DNA of 64,000 nt, from NCBI GenBank assembly GCA_963720355.1, contig CAVRFH010000001.1:604244-668243 (forward strand). The letters are read 5' to 3'. Of this stretch, positions 10,096-19,230 are shown one piece after another; position 1 is the stretch's first letter, and the number at the start of each line of letters is the position of its first letter. Source of the stretch: an uncultured Chloroflexia bacterium. GTDB lineage: Bacteria; Chloroflexota; Limnocylindria; Limnocylindrales; CSP1-4. The position numbers were made by a program, and so were the translations under genes. The notes under the pieces were generated by a model. That model did not search any database. It had not been told where the DNA came from and was given only the letters and a program-made list of their open reading frames with translations.

Positions 10096-11081
10096 CTGTG
10101 GTCGTCATCACTGGAGCTAGCGCCGGCGTGGGTCGGGCAACGGCACGCGCGTTCGCCCGTCATGGCTACGACGTGGCGCTGGTCGCCCGCGACGAGGCCC
10201 GTTTGAACGCGGCCGCCGAGGAGGTCCGGGCCCTGGGGCGTCGGGCGCTCATCCTCCCGCTCGACGTCGCCGATGCGGAGGCCATCGACGCCGGAGCCGA
10301 CCGAGTCGAGGCCGAGCTCGGCCCGATCGACGTGTGGGTGAACGGGGCCATGGCCAGCGTGATCGGCCCGGTCGAGAAGCTGACCGGCGACGAGATGCGC
10401 CGGGTGACCGAGGTCACGTATCTCGGGACGGTCTACGGCACCCAGGCCGCGCTCCGCCGGATGCGGCCACGCGACCGGGGCGTGATCATCCAGGTCGGGT
10501 CGGGGCTGGCCTATCGCAGCGTGCCCCTCCAGTCGGCGTACTGCGGCGCCAAGTCCGCGGCCCGCGGCTTCACCGACTCGCTGCGCTGCGAGCTCATCCA
10601 TGACCACAGCGGCGTCCGGGTCACGATGGTCCATCTCGCGGCGATCAACACTCCGCAGTTCAGCTGGGTGCGCAGCCGGATGCCGCGGGCGATGCAACCG
10701 CTGCCCCCGGTGTACCAACCGGAGCTGGCCGCCCAGGCCATCCTGTGGGCCGCCGAGCATCGCCGCCGTGAGCTGCTGCTGGGCTGGCAGACCGTCCTTG
10801 GGATCATGGGCCAGCGTCTCGCCCCGGGCCTGATGGACCACTACCTCGCGACACGGGCATGGGAGGGCCAGATGTCCGAGGACCCGGGCCGACCGGGCTC
10901 GCCGGACAATCTCGAGGATTCGGTCGCCGCCGATGTCGGGGCCCACGGCGCGTTCGACGACCTGGCGTCCGACGCGAGCCCGCTGCTCTGGGTCGACACC
11001 CATCGGGGCCTGCTGGCCGGCGCGGTGCTCGGTGCCGCGGCCTTGGCCGTGGGCGCCGTGCGGGCGCTGCGACGGCCGTAA
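10092..11081 (+). CDS. Short-chain dehydrogenase/reductase with a C-terminal hydrophobic tail
   Basis: Contains ITGASAGVGRA (TGxxxGxG) and YCGAK (YxxxK). GTG start overlaps the upstream stop (GTGA). The C-terminus LLAGAVLGAAALAVGAV looks like a TM segment. Confidence 0.75.
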   Translation: MTVVVITGASAGVGRATARAFARHGYDVALVARDEARLNAAAEEVRALGRRALILPLDVADAEAIDAGADRVEAELGPIDVWVNGAMASVIGPVEKLTGDEMRRVTEVTYLGTVYGTQAALRRMRPRDRGVIIQVGSGLAYRSVPLQSAYCGAKSAARGFTDSLRCELIHDHSGVRVTMVHLAAINTPQFSWVRSRMPRAMQPLPPVYQPELAAQAILWAAEHRRRELLLGWQTVLGIMGQRLAPGLMDHYLATRAWEGQMSEDPGRPGSPDNLEDSVAADVGAHGAFDDLASDASPLLWVDTHRGLLAGAVLGAAALAVGAVRALRRP

Positions 11082-11088
11082 GCCGGGG

Positions 11089-12072
11089 CTAGCTCTCCGC
11101 GGCGCCCTGGTGGGCGGCCCGGTAATGGGCCGTCAGGGCATCGCCGCCCCAGTCGGTCACGAGGTCGCGCCAGACCGCGTGGATGTGGTTGGCCTCGTTC
11201 TGCGTATTGTCGTACTCGATCAGGAACTCGGGTCCGCGCACGGCGTAGTAATGCCCGAGACCCGGCTCTCCGGGACCGGCCCACGCGAAGGTGATCGGCG
11301 CCAGGCCGGCGTCGACGATGCGCGCCCAGGCCGCGCTCGCCACGTCGTCCGGCGCCCGCTCGAGATAGTGGCGGATGAGCCGTTCCAGGCCTGCCTGCCC
11401 GGCTGCCGCCAGGTCGTCATGGCGGATCCCGCCCGGGATCTTGCGCAGGTCTGCCCGAGCGCCATTGCCGCTGTGGAGATCGGGCGGGGCCACCGGGTCG
11501 ACGACCGCGATCGCGCTCTCCTCGGGCGACAGGGTCGTCAGGAGTGCCCGCGCCATGTCCTCCTCGCCACGCAGGACGCGGTCGCCGGCTCGCGGACCGT
11601 CGGGTACGACGGCCGGGTTCGATCCGAGGAACGACGGCGTGCTCCCGACGACCCGTCCCTCGTCGACCGTCACGTGGAGCGCGACGTGATGGCCGCCGAC
11701 CCGCCATGACCACGGGCCCGCCGGCCCGGGCTCGCCGAACAGGGCGAACCAGTACAGCTCGGGGTCGCGGCGGATCCAGCCGGCACGGCCGCGCGACTGT
11801 TCGAGGACGCCGAGGACCTCCTCGAGGGCGATGACCGCGGCGGCCTCCGCTGCCCCGCGCTCGCTCATGGCCGCCCGGATCGTGGCCATCGCCGCCGCCC
11901 GCTGATCCGGGTGCATCGCTGCGATCGCCAGGCCCTTCCGTTCGCCCGGCGTGTACGCCCACACGGCGCGTTCGTCCGTGTCGAACGGGAAGCGCGCCTG
12001 CGCCCGTTGCCCGTCGTCGAGCGTGTCGAGCCAGGCGTCGACCGCCCCCGTCAGCGCGTCGGCCGCATTCAT
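11089..12072 (-). CDS. DUF3500-like protein
   Basis: 327 aa starting from an ATG that overlaps the glyQS stop (ATGA). The C-terminal block HYYAVRGPEFLIEYDNTQNEANHIHAVWRD matches my recollection of the DUF3500 signature. The longer ORF in the track (to 13602) is an out-of-frame extension through glyQS. Confidence 0.55.
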   Translation of the reverse strand: MNAADALTGAVDAWLDTLDDGQRAQARFPFDTDERAVWAYTPGERKGLAIAAMHPDQRAAAMATIRAAMSERGAAEAAAVIALEEVLGVLEQSRGRAGWIRRDPELYWFALFGEPGPAGPWSWRVGGHHVALHVTVDEGRVVGSTPSFLGSNPAVVPDGPRAGDRVLRGEEDMARALLTTLSPEESAIAVVDPVAPPDLHSGNGARADLRKIPGGIRHDDLAAAGQAGLERLIRHYLERAPDDVASAAWARIVDAGLAPITFAWAGPGEPGLGHYYAVRGPEFLIEYDNTQNEANHIHAVWRDLVTDWGGDALTAHYRAAHQGAAES

Positions 12073-13481
12073 CCCGCCCGGGCGGCCTCGAGGCGATCGA
12101 TGATCAAGCGGGTCACGCCCTCGACCGGCACGCGCTCCTGCGCCATCGAGTCGCGATCGCGCACGGTGACCGCGCCGTCCTCCAGGGAGTCCACGTCGAC
12201 CGTGACGCACCACGGCGTCCCGATCTCGTCCTGGCGGCGGTACAGCTTGCCGATCGCCGCTGTGTCGTCGTAGACCGCCATCATGTGCCGTTGCAGATCC
12301 GTCTTGATGCGGTGGCACAGCTCGACGATCTCCGGTCGCTTCTTGAGCAGCGGCAGGACGGCGACCTTGTACGGCGCCAGATCGGGATGGAGCGCCAGCG
12401 ACACCCGCTTCTCGCCGCGGACCTCCTCTTCGCGGTAGGCATCGATGAGGAACGTGAATGCGGCACGGTCGGCACCGGCCGCCGTCTCCACGATCCACGG
12501 GATCACGTGCTCGCCGGTGGCCTGGTCGAAGTACTCCAGCGTCTCGCCGCTCGCCTCGGAGTGGCGCGACAGGTCGAAGTCGCCCCGGTTGTGGACGCCC
12601 TCGAGCTCCTTCCAGCCGAACGGGAAGCGGTACTCGACGTCGACCGCCTTCTTGGCGTAGTGGGCCAGCTCGTCGGGGGCGTGCTCGCGCAGCCGCAGCC
12701 GCGACGGAGCGACGCCGAAGCGCTCGTACCACGCCCGTCGGGCCGGCAGCCACGTCTCGAAGGCGTCGGCCGCCTCCCCCTCGGGCCGCACGAAGTACTG
12801 CATCTCCATCTGCTCGAACTCGCGCATGCGGAACACGAAGTTGCCGGGCGAGATCTCGTTGCGGAACGACTTGCCGATCTGGGCGATGCCGAACGGCAGC
12901 TTCTTGCGCGACGACTGCAGGACGTTCTTGAAGTTGACGTACGAACCCTGCGCGGTCTCGGGGCGCAGATAGATCACGGCCGCGTCGTCCTCGACCGGCC
13001 CCATGAACGTCTTGAACATGAGGTTGAACCGGCGCGGGGCGGACAGCGGCCCGCCGTCGACCGGGCAGCGCAGGCCGAGCTTCTCGACGATCCCCGGGTC
13101 CTGCAGCTCCGAAACCGACAGGCCCTCCGCACCGGGCAGCTCGTCGAGTCGGAACCGGCGGTGGTCCGTCTGGCACTCGACCAGCGGGTCGCTGAAGCTG
13201 CCGACGTGCCCCGACGTCACCCAGACCTGGGGATGCATCAGGATCCCCGCATCGAGCCCGACGATGTCGTCGCGCTGCTGGACCATCGACCGCCACCACG
13301 CCCGTTTGACGTTGTTCTTGAGCTCGACGCCGAGCGGGCCGTAGTCCCACACGGCGTTGATCCCGCCGTAGATCTCGGACGATGGGTAGATGAAGCCGCG
13401 CCGCTTCGAGAGCGACACGATGGTGTCGAGCTCGGCGACGGCCGGGGCGACGTCGGACGGCTCGTCGGCAGGGCTGGTCAC
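12069..13481 (-). CDS. glyQS: Glycine--tRNA ligase (dimeric GlyQS type)
   Basis: Intact 470-aa ORF containing RRGFIYPSSEIYGG, FRNEISPG and the GADRAAF class II motifs, plus a C-terminal anticodon-binding domain. Confidence 0.9.
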   Translation of the reverse strand: MTSPADEPSDVAPAVAELDTIVSLSKRRGFIYPSSEIYGGINAVWDYGPLGVELKNNVKRAWWRSMVQQRDDIVGLDAGILMHPQVWVTSGHVGSFSDPLVECQTDHRRFRLDELPGAEGLSVSELQDPGIVEKLGLRCPVDGGPLSAPRRFNLMFKTFMGPVEDDAAVIYLRPETAQGSYVNFKNVLQSSRKKLPFGIAQIGKSFRNEISPGNFVFRMREFEQMEMQYFVRPEGEAADAFETWLPARRAWYERFGVAPSRLRLREHAPDELAHYAKKAVDVEYRFPFGWKELEGVHNRGDFDLSRHSEASGETLEYFDQATGEHVIPWIVETAAGADRAAFTFLIDAYREEEVRGEKRVSLALHPDLAPYKVAVLPLLKKRPEIVELCHRIKTDLQRHMMAVYDDTAAIGKLYRRQDEIGTPWCVTVDVDSLEDGAVTVRDRDSMAQERVPVEGVTRLIIDRLEAARAG

Positions 13482-13543
13482 TGGGGGGTCTCCGCTGATA
13501 CGCGACCGTGGCAGGGCCGCGCGGGATGGCTAGGTGCCCGATG

Positions 13544-14759
13544 CTAGCAGACCCCGGGCGACGCTCCCGTCGGGAGTGCGGCGGCCAGCACGCGGACCGC
13601 ATTGCCGCCCATCACGGCCGCGATGTCGGGATCGGCCAGGCCCTCCGCGAGCAACGCCTCGGTCAGTAGCGGCATCCCGGTCGCATCGAACGGCGTCGGC
13701 ACGCCGCCATCGAAGTCCGAGCCGAGACCGACGTGCTCCACGCCAGCGAGGCCGATGGCGGTCACGATCGAGCGGGCGATCGCCCCGACGTCCTCGCCAC
13801 CGCTGGCCACCGGCCAGAAGCCGATCCCGACGAGACCGCCGGTCACCGCGATCCCGCGGACCTGGTCGTCGGGCAGGTTGCGCACGCTCGGTGCTGCCGA
13901 ACGAACCCCGGTGTGCGAGGCGACGACCGGTCGGACGGCGAGCGACAGGACGTCGTCGATCGTCGCGGATGAGGTGTGGGCGACGTCCATGACCATGCCC
14001 AGCGACTCCATGCGCGACAGGAGCTCGCGGCCGGCCTCGGTCAGCCCGCCCTTGACCACGCCGTGCGCCGAGCCGCCGATACGCCGTATCGAAGAAGTGG
14101 CTTGGCGACAGCATCCGGTAGCCGGCCGCCGCGAGGATGTCGAGGTTGGCGAGGTCGTCGTCGAGCGCCTGGGCCCCTTCGATGGCCAGGAACGCGGCGG
14201 TGACCGCGGGATCGGCCGCCCGACGCGCGAGATAGGCATCGAGGTCGCCGCGTGACTCGAGGAGCGTCAGCCGACCGGCCGAGTCGGCGGCCATCGCCCG
14301 CAGGCGGAACGCCAGGTGCAGGGCACGGGCCAGCCGGCTGCCCCACGTCGCGCGTGGCCAGCGCTGGTCGAGGGCGAGCAGCGTGACGTCGTCCGACCGA
14401 TCGTCGTTGCGGTCGAGGTTCACGCGTCGCGGGACCTGGGTCGAGGCGGCCAGCGCCGTGATCGCGACGCCGCCCTCGATGAGGCGAGGCATGTCGGCAT
14501 GGCCGTACGACGCCCGCCGGAGCAGGTCGCGCCCCCACAGGAGCGAATCGGCATGGAGATCGACGACCGTCAGGGTCCGATGCAGCTCGACGGCCCGTGC
14601 CGAGGCCCGGTACGGCCGGGGCTGCAGGACGCGGTTGCGTCGCCGTTCGACGAGCATGGAAACGGCGCCGCCAGATCTGACGGCGCCGGCGATGAGCGCG
14701 GCGGAGGTCGCGAGGACCCCCGCCGCGATCTTGGTGGTGCTGCTCAGTCGCCGCGCCAC
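13544..14759 (-). CDS. Membrane dipeptidase (peptidase M19), interrupted by one apparent indel
   Basis: The N-terminal part is in ORF 13530..14759 (TM helix, VVDLHADS, SPSHFFD). The C-terminal part is in ORF 13544..14239 (GGSAHG, VMDVAHTS, ASHTG, GLGSDFDG). The frames join at about 14078-14088. Confidence 0.7.
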
Positions 14760-14770
14760 CGCTTAGAAGG

Positions 14771-15613
14771 TCACCGGATCTTGATCGTCTCCTCGACCAC
14801 GACCGGCTTGCGCCGTCCGCGGCTCAGGGTGATCAGGCCCACCGACAGGGCGCCGAGGCCGATCAGCACGGCCATGAGGCCCGCGATGCCCGGCTGGCTC
14901 GTCACCGTCCCGTCGATCGTGTCGGTCGGAGGAAGGGTGCGTCCGCCGGTGTTGGTCCCGGTCGTCGGGCCGACACCACCACCGCCACCCGGAGGCTGCG
15001 TCTGACCGCCCGGCGGGTCGGTCGGAGGATTGTTGGTGCCCTGGGTCGGGCCGACATCGCCGCACTCGATCACGAGATCGACGTCGCGCCCGATGACATC
15101 CATCGGCGTGTAGCCGTCGGCGCTGTCGTCGGCCACGAGGACGTGGGCGCGAAGCGTATAGCTGCCTGGAGCAAGTTCGCCGGCACCTTCCCAGCCGTCG
15201 GCCAGGGTGCCATCGCCATTGACCCATGCGAAATCGCCGCTGGGATCGATGAGCTTGCCGGCCCCGTCGATGCGGACGTAGGCCTCGTCGGTGCGGTCCT
15301 GGCGGACGCGCTCACCGTTCTGCGACAGGACGAGCGCGAAGAGGACTTCCTCGTCGCAGTCGTAGCGCAGGTAGAGCTTGGCACGGACATCACGACCAGC
15401 CACACCGGCATCGGCCATGTCCGCGAAGAGATCGGCTCCGAGCGACCAGTCGCCCGTGGCGCCGTCGACTGTGGCTGAACCATAGGTGGGTGTCGGCGCT
15501 GCGGCCATCGTGGCCGGCGCGAACACCGCCGTCAGGAGCATGGCCGTCGCCATCACCGCGGTCACCGACCGCACCGATGGCGTCCCCCGACGTCCGGTTG
15601 AGAACCCCCGCAT
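14771..15613 (-). CDS. Secreted/cell-surface hypothetical protein with signal peptide, Pro/Gly/Thr linker and C-terminal TM anchor
   Basis: AGGAGG lies 5 nt upstream of the ATG at 15613. The N-terminus is MRGFSTGRRGT...AMLLTAVFAPATMAAAP and the C-terminus is ...LPPTDTIDGTVTSQPGIAGLMAVLIGLGALSVGLITLSRGRRKP. I recognised no family. Confidence 0.55.
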   Translation of the reverse strand: MRGFSTGRRGTPSVRSVTAVMATAMLLTAVFAPATMAAAPTPTYGSATVDGATGDWSLGADLFADMADAGVAGRDVRAKLYLRYDCDEEVLFALVLSQNGERVRQDRTDEAYVRIDGAGKLIDPSGDFAWVNGDGTLADGWEGAGELAPGSYTLRAHVLVADDSADGYTPMDVIGRDVDLVIECGDVGPTQGTNNPPTDPPGGQTQPPGGGGGVGPTTGTNTGGRTLPPTDTIDGTVTSQPGIAGLMAVLIGLGALSVGLITLSRGRRKPVVVEETIKIR

Positions 15614-15873
15614 GAGGACCTCCTGAGTGTCCCGGGTCATTTGCCCGGTGATGAGTCATCCCGGGATTCCCCGGAACCTCGGATGAAATGACGCGCGCAT
15701 CATGGCAGCGCGGGACCTTGCGGTCCAGTACGAAAGCACTATCGGACGTCAAATCTGCACCATATCGAGACCGCCCCGCACCCTTCAGGTGCTCAGCGCA
15801 CCGCACCGGACCGCAGCCGACAGCTGGTGCGTGCGCGCCCCGCGGGTCCTGGGTCCATGGTCCTGGGCGACGC

Positions 15874-16638
15874 TCAGGGCGTGGCGCGCACCTCGTCGAG
15901 GAACGCGAGCGAGCGTGCCTCCCGTTCGAGCACGTGGCGAACGAAGTCGCGCAGGGCCGTCTCGGCCTCGCGCTCGACATCGGCGGCCAGGCGGAGACCG
16001 GCGAGCGCCTCGACATCGAGGCGCTGGTAGGCCTTGAGCAGCTTGAGCGCGTCCAAGCTCAGACCGGTCCGGTCATGGGGCGGGCCAGGACAGCGATCGC
16101 ACAGCACGCCACCGAGCGGCGGGACCCAGCGGAACCGCTCATCGGACTCCAGGACACGGTCGCACTCCACGCAACGGTCGACCTCGGGCCGGACGCCGAG
16201 CTCATCGAGCAGATGGATCTCGAACCAGCGCGCGACCCGCCCCGGCGCCATCCCCGCATCCAGCAGCTCGTAGGCCCGTCGCAGGAGCGCGTAGAGCGGC
16301 TCGGCGGCATGACGCTCCTCGAGCGACCGATCGGCCAGCTCGGCCAGGTACCAGGCCGTGGCCGCGCTCTCCAGGTCGTCGCGCAGCTTCAGCCAGGCAT
16401 GACCGACGCTGACCTGGGTCACCACGTCGAACGTCCGACCGCGGGCCAGCGCCACCGTCAGCTCGGCGAACGGCTCGAGGCTGCCACCCAGCCGCGAGGT
16501 CGGCCGGCGGACCCCCTTGGCGATCGCCTTGAGCTTGCCGCCGCCCGGCGTGATCAGCGTCAGGACGCGATCCGCCTCGCCCAGATCGAACCGCGACAGG
16601 ACGATCGCGTCCGTGGTGTAGCGACGGGGGACGGGCAT
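15874..16638 (-). CDS. recO: DNA repair protein RecO
   Basis: MPVPRRYTTDAIVLSRFDLGEADRVLTLITP... is an OB-fold N-terminus, and the zinc motif is CVECDR...CDRC. The internal ATG at 16638 is preferred over the ORF-track start at 16716. Confidence 0.85.
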   Translation of the reverse strand: MPVPRRYTTDAIVLSRFDLGEADRVLTLITPGGGKLKAIAKGVRRPTSRLGGSLEPFAELTVALARGRTFDVVTQVSVGHAWLKLRDDLESAATAWYLAELADRSLEERHAAEPLYALLRRAYELLDAGMAPGRVARWFEIHLLDELGVRPEVDRCVECDRVLESDERFRWVPPLGGVLCDRCPGPPHDRTGLSLDALKLLKAYQRLDVEALAGLRLAADVEREAETALRDFVRHVLEREARSLAFLDEVRATP

Positions 16639-16834
16639 CGTTCCCGGACGGTAGCACGTGCCGGATGGACCGCCGGGATCTAGTACCAATGGCCATTCAT
16701 CCGACTCGACATCCACGACGTATCCGAATCAGGCGCTGGTGCGGTCGCGTCCCCCGCACCGGCGCTTCTCCGTGCCCCGTGCATCGAGATTCGTGCGTCC
16801 GCAACAGGCTACCCACAGCGGACATGTTTCGTTG

Positions 16835-16840
16835 TACACT
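16835..16840 (+). promoter_or_regulatory. Candidate -10 box (TACACT) 7 nt upstream of the polyprenyl synthase ATG; possible leaderless transcript
   Basis: The sequence is ttgTACACTggctccgATG with no SD between box and ATG. The -35 is poor. Confidence 0.3.
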
Positions 16841-16847
16841 GGCTCCG

Positions 16848-17873
16848 ATGACGACCGCATCGCCCGATCTCGACCTCGCGGAGCTCATCGCCGACACGGA
16901 AGGTGAGATCGTCCGCCTCGTCCAGGACCGCGACCCATCGACCCATGGGTTGTACGAGATGGTCCGCTACCACCTCGCGCTGGACGGCAAGGGCGCGAAC
17001 GGCGGCAAGCGCCTCCGGCCGCTGCTGGGCCTGCTCGCCTACGCCTCGATCGCCGGCGACCACCGCAAGGCGTTGCCGGGCGCAGCCGCCGTCGAGCTCG
17101 GCCACAACTTCAGCCTCGTCCACGACGACATCGAGGACGGCGACACCGAGCGACGCCACCGCCCGACCCTGTGGACGGTCAAGGGCGTCCCGCAGGCCAT
17201 CAACGCCGGGGACACGCTGTTCAGCCTGTCGCGCATCGCCCTGCATCGCCTGACCGAGCTCGGGTTCTCCGACGCCAAGGTCCTGCGCCTCATGCGGCTG
17301 TACGACGAGACGTGCCTGGCGCTGTGCGAAGGCCAGTACATCGACATCGCCACGAGCGAGTCCGACGAGGTGATGTCGGTCGACGTCTACTTCGACATGA
17401 TCGGTCGCAAGACCGCCGCGCTCATCGCCGCCTCGATCGAGGCCGGCGCCCTGCTCGCGACCGACGACGAGGCCGTGATCGGTCGCTACCGCGCCTTCGG
17501 CTGGGCGCTCGGCATCGCCTTCCAGCTCAACGACGATCTCCTCGGGATCTGGGGTGCCGAGCAGACGACCGGCAAGGAAGCCTCGGACGTCGCCCATAAG
17601 AAGAAGACGCTGCCGGTCATCTACGCGGTGGAACACGCCGGACCCGAGGATCGTGCCCGCTTGCTCGAGCTGTACCGCCTCGAAACGCCGAACGCGGACG
17701 AGCTGGCCGAGATCGTGCGCATCCTCGAGCGTGTCGGCGCCCGCGACTACACGCGCGATGCGGCGCGGCGGTATCGCGACCAGGCCCTCGCCGAGCTGGA
17801 TGCCGCCGGCGTCGTCCAGCCGGCCGCCCGCGTACGGCTCGAGGAGATCATCGTCGGGGTCATCTCGGCCTGA
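16848..17873 (+). CDS. Polyprenyl diphosphate synthase (trans-IPPS)
   Basis: First and second Asp-rich motifs are present (LVHDDIEDGD and QLNDDLLG) along with GKRLRP. Start chosen at ATG 16848; an alternative in-frame ATG lies at 16824. Confidence 0.8.
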   Translation: MTTASPDLDLAELIADTEGEIVRLVQDRDPSTHGLYEMVRYHLALDGKGANGGKRLRPLLGLLAYASIAGDHRKALPGAAAVELGHNFSLVHDDIEDGDTERRHRPTLWTVKGVPQAINAGDTLFSLSRIALHRLTELGFSDAKVLRLMRLYDETCLALCEGQYIDIATSESDEVMSVDVYFDMIGRKTAALIAASIEAGALLATDDEAVIGRYRAFGWALGIAFQLNDDLLGIWGAEQTTGKEASDVAHKKKTLPVIYAVEHAGPEDRARLLELYRLETPNADELAEIVRILERVGARDYTRDAARRYRDQALAELDAAGVVQPAARVRLEEIIVGVISA

Positions 17874-17891
17874 CCGGCCGACGCCGGCGAC

Positions 17892-19230
17892 CTACCGGTC
17901 GGCTTCGTCGTCCTCGAGCTCGCCATCGTCGCGGATCCGCGCGACCAGGACCTTCGAGACCCGCCGGCCGTCGGTCGATTTCGACCGTGAGCATCAGCCC
18001 GTCGACCGTCACCTGGTCGCCGGGGCTGGGCACGCCGCCGATGCGGTGATAGATGAGCCCGCCGACCGTGTCGTACTCGTCCTCGTCTTCGAGCGACATC
18101 TGCGTTTCGAACAGCTCCCCGAGGTCGTCGACCGAGGCCCGCCCGTCGACTCTGGCCTCGTCGGCGGAGAGCCGCACGATCATCGGCTCCTCGACGTCGT
18201 ACTCGTCCTGGATCTCGCCGACGATCTCCTCGAGCAGGTCCTCGATCGTCACGAGGCCGGCCGTCCCGCCGTACTCGTCGAGGACGATCGCGAGGTGGAC
18301 CTTGCGCCGCTGGAGCTCGTGGAGCAGGTCGTCGACGGTCATCGACTCCGGGACGAACACGGGGGTGCGCAGCAAGGAGCGCAACGGCGGCGGATCGGGG
18401 GCGTTGGTCTTGAGGTACGGCAGCAGGTCCTTGGCGTAGACGATGCCGATGATCTCGTCGATCGAGCTCTCATAGACGGGGATGCGGCTGTGGCCCTCGG
18501 CCACGATCGTGTCGATGGCATCGCCGATCGTCGCGTCGACCGTCAGGGTGACCATCGCGATCCGCGGGAGCATGACCTCGTGGACGCGCTGGTCGCCGAG
18601 CTCGATGACCGCATGGATCATCTGCTCCTCTTCGGCCTCGAGGATGCCCTGCTCGCCGCCCTGCTCGATGATCAGGCGCAACTCTTCGGAGCTGATGCGC
18701 TCATCGGCCGGCACGTCAGCTCGGAACAGGCGGCTGACCCAGCGGGTGACCGTGGTCAGGGCGCTGACGAGCGGGCCGAACAGCGTGCCGAGGACCTCCA
18801 TCAGCCGGCTGGTCGCGAGGGCCACGCGCTCGGCGTGGGCGAGCCCGATCTGCTTGGGGACCAGCTCGCCGAACACGATCGTGAACAGCGTCAGCAGGAT
18901 CGTGACGACGACGAGGGCGATCCCCTCGGCGGCGTTCGCGAGCGGACCGAACTGGCGGAACACGTCCGCGGCGCCGTCGACCAGGCTCACCGCGGCGAAC
19001 GCCGAGGCGAGGAAGCCGAGGAAGTTGATGCCGACCTGGATGACGGCCAGGAAGCGGCCCGGGTTCGCCTTCAGGCGCTGGACGCGGAGGGCGCCGCGTT
19101 GGCCTTCCTCGATGAGCTGCTGGATCCGGCTACGACGCAGCGTCACGAGCGCGATCTCGGTGGCCGCGAAGATCCCGTTGAGCAGGACGAGGACGACGAT
19201 CAGCGCGATTTCGAGGATCGGGCCGTTCAC
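17892..19230 (-). CDS. CorC/HlyC-family protein (DUF21 TM domain, CBS pair, CorC_HlyC), with an apparent 3'-terminal frameshift
   Basis: The ORF track gives 17860..19230. The tail turns Arg-rich after ...GLMLTVEID. Shifting frame at about 17965-17980 (a duplicated gtcg) gives ...DGRRVSKVLVARIRDDGELEDDEADR with a TAG at 17892-17894, which also removes the overlap with the convergent synthase gene. Confidence 0.8.

Noticed and set aside
13482-13543. Possible T-box leader upstream of glyQS.
   Set aside because: The spacer is only 62 nt and has no specifier or T-box sequence. T-box leaders are about 200 nt or longer.
14771-14920. C-terminal LPPTDT plus TM plus basic tail as a bona fide LPxTG sortase signal.
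   Set aside because: The motif lacks the invariant Gly (LPxTG or LAxTG), and no sortase gene is in the window. It is reported only as sortase-like architecture.
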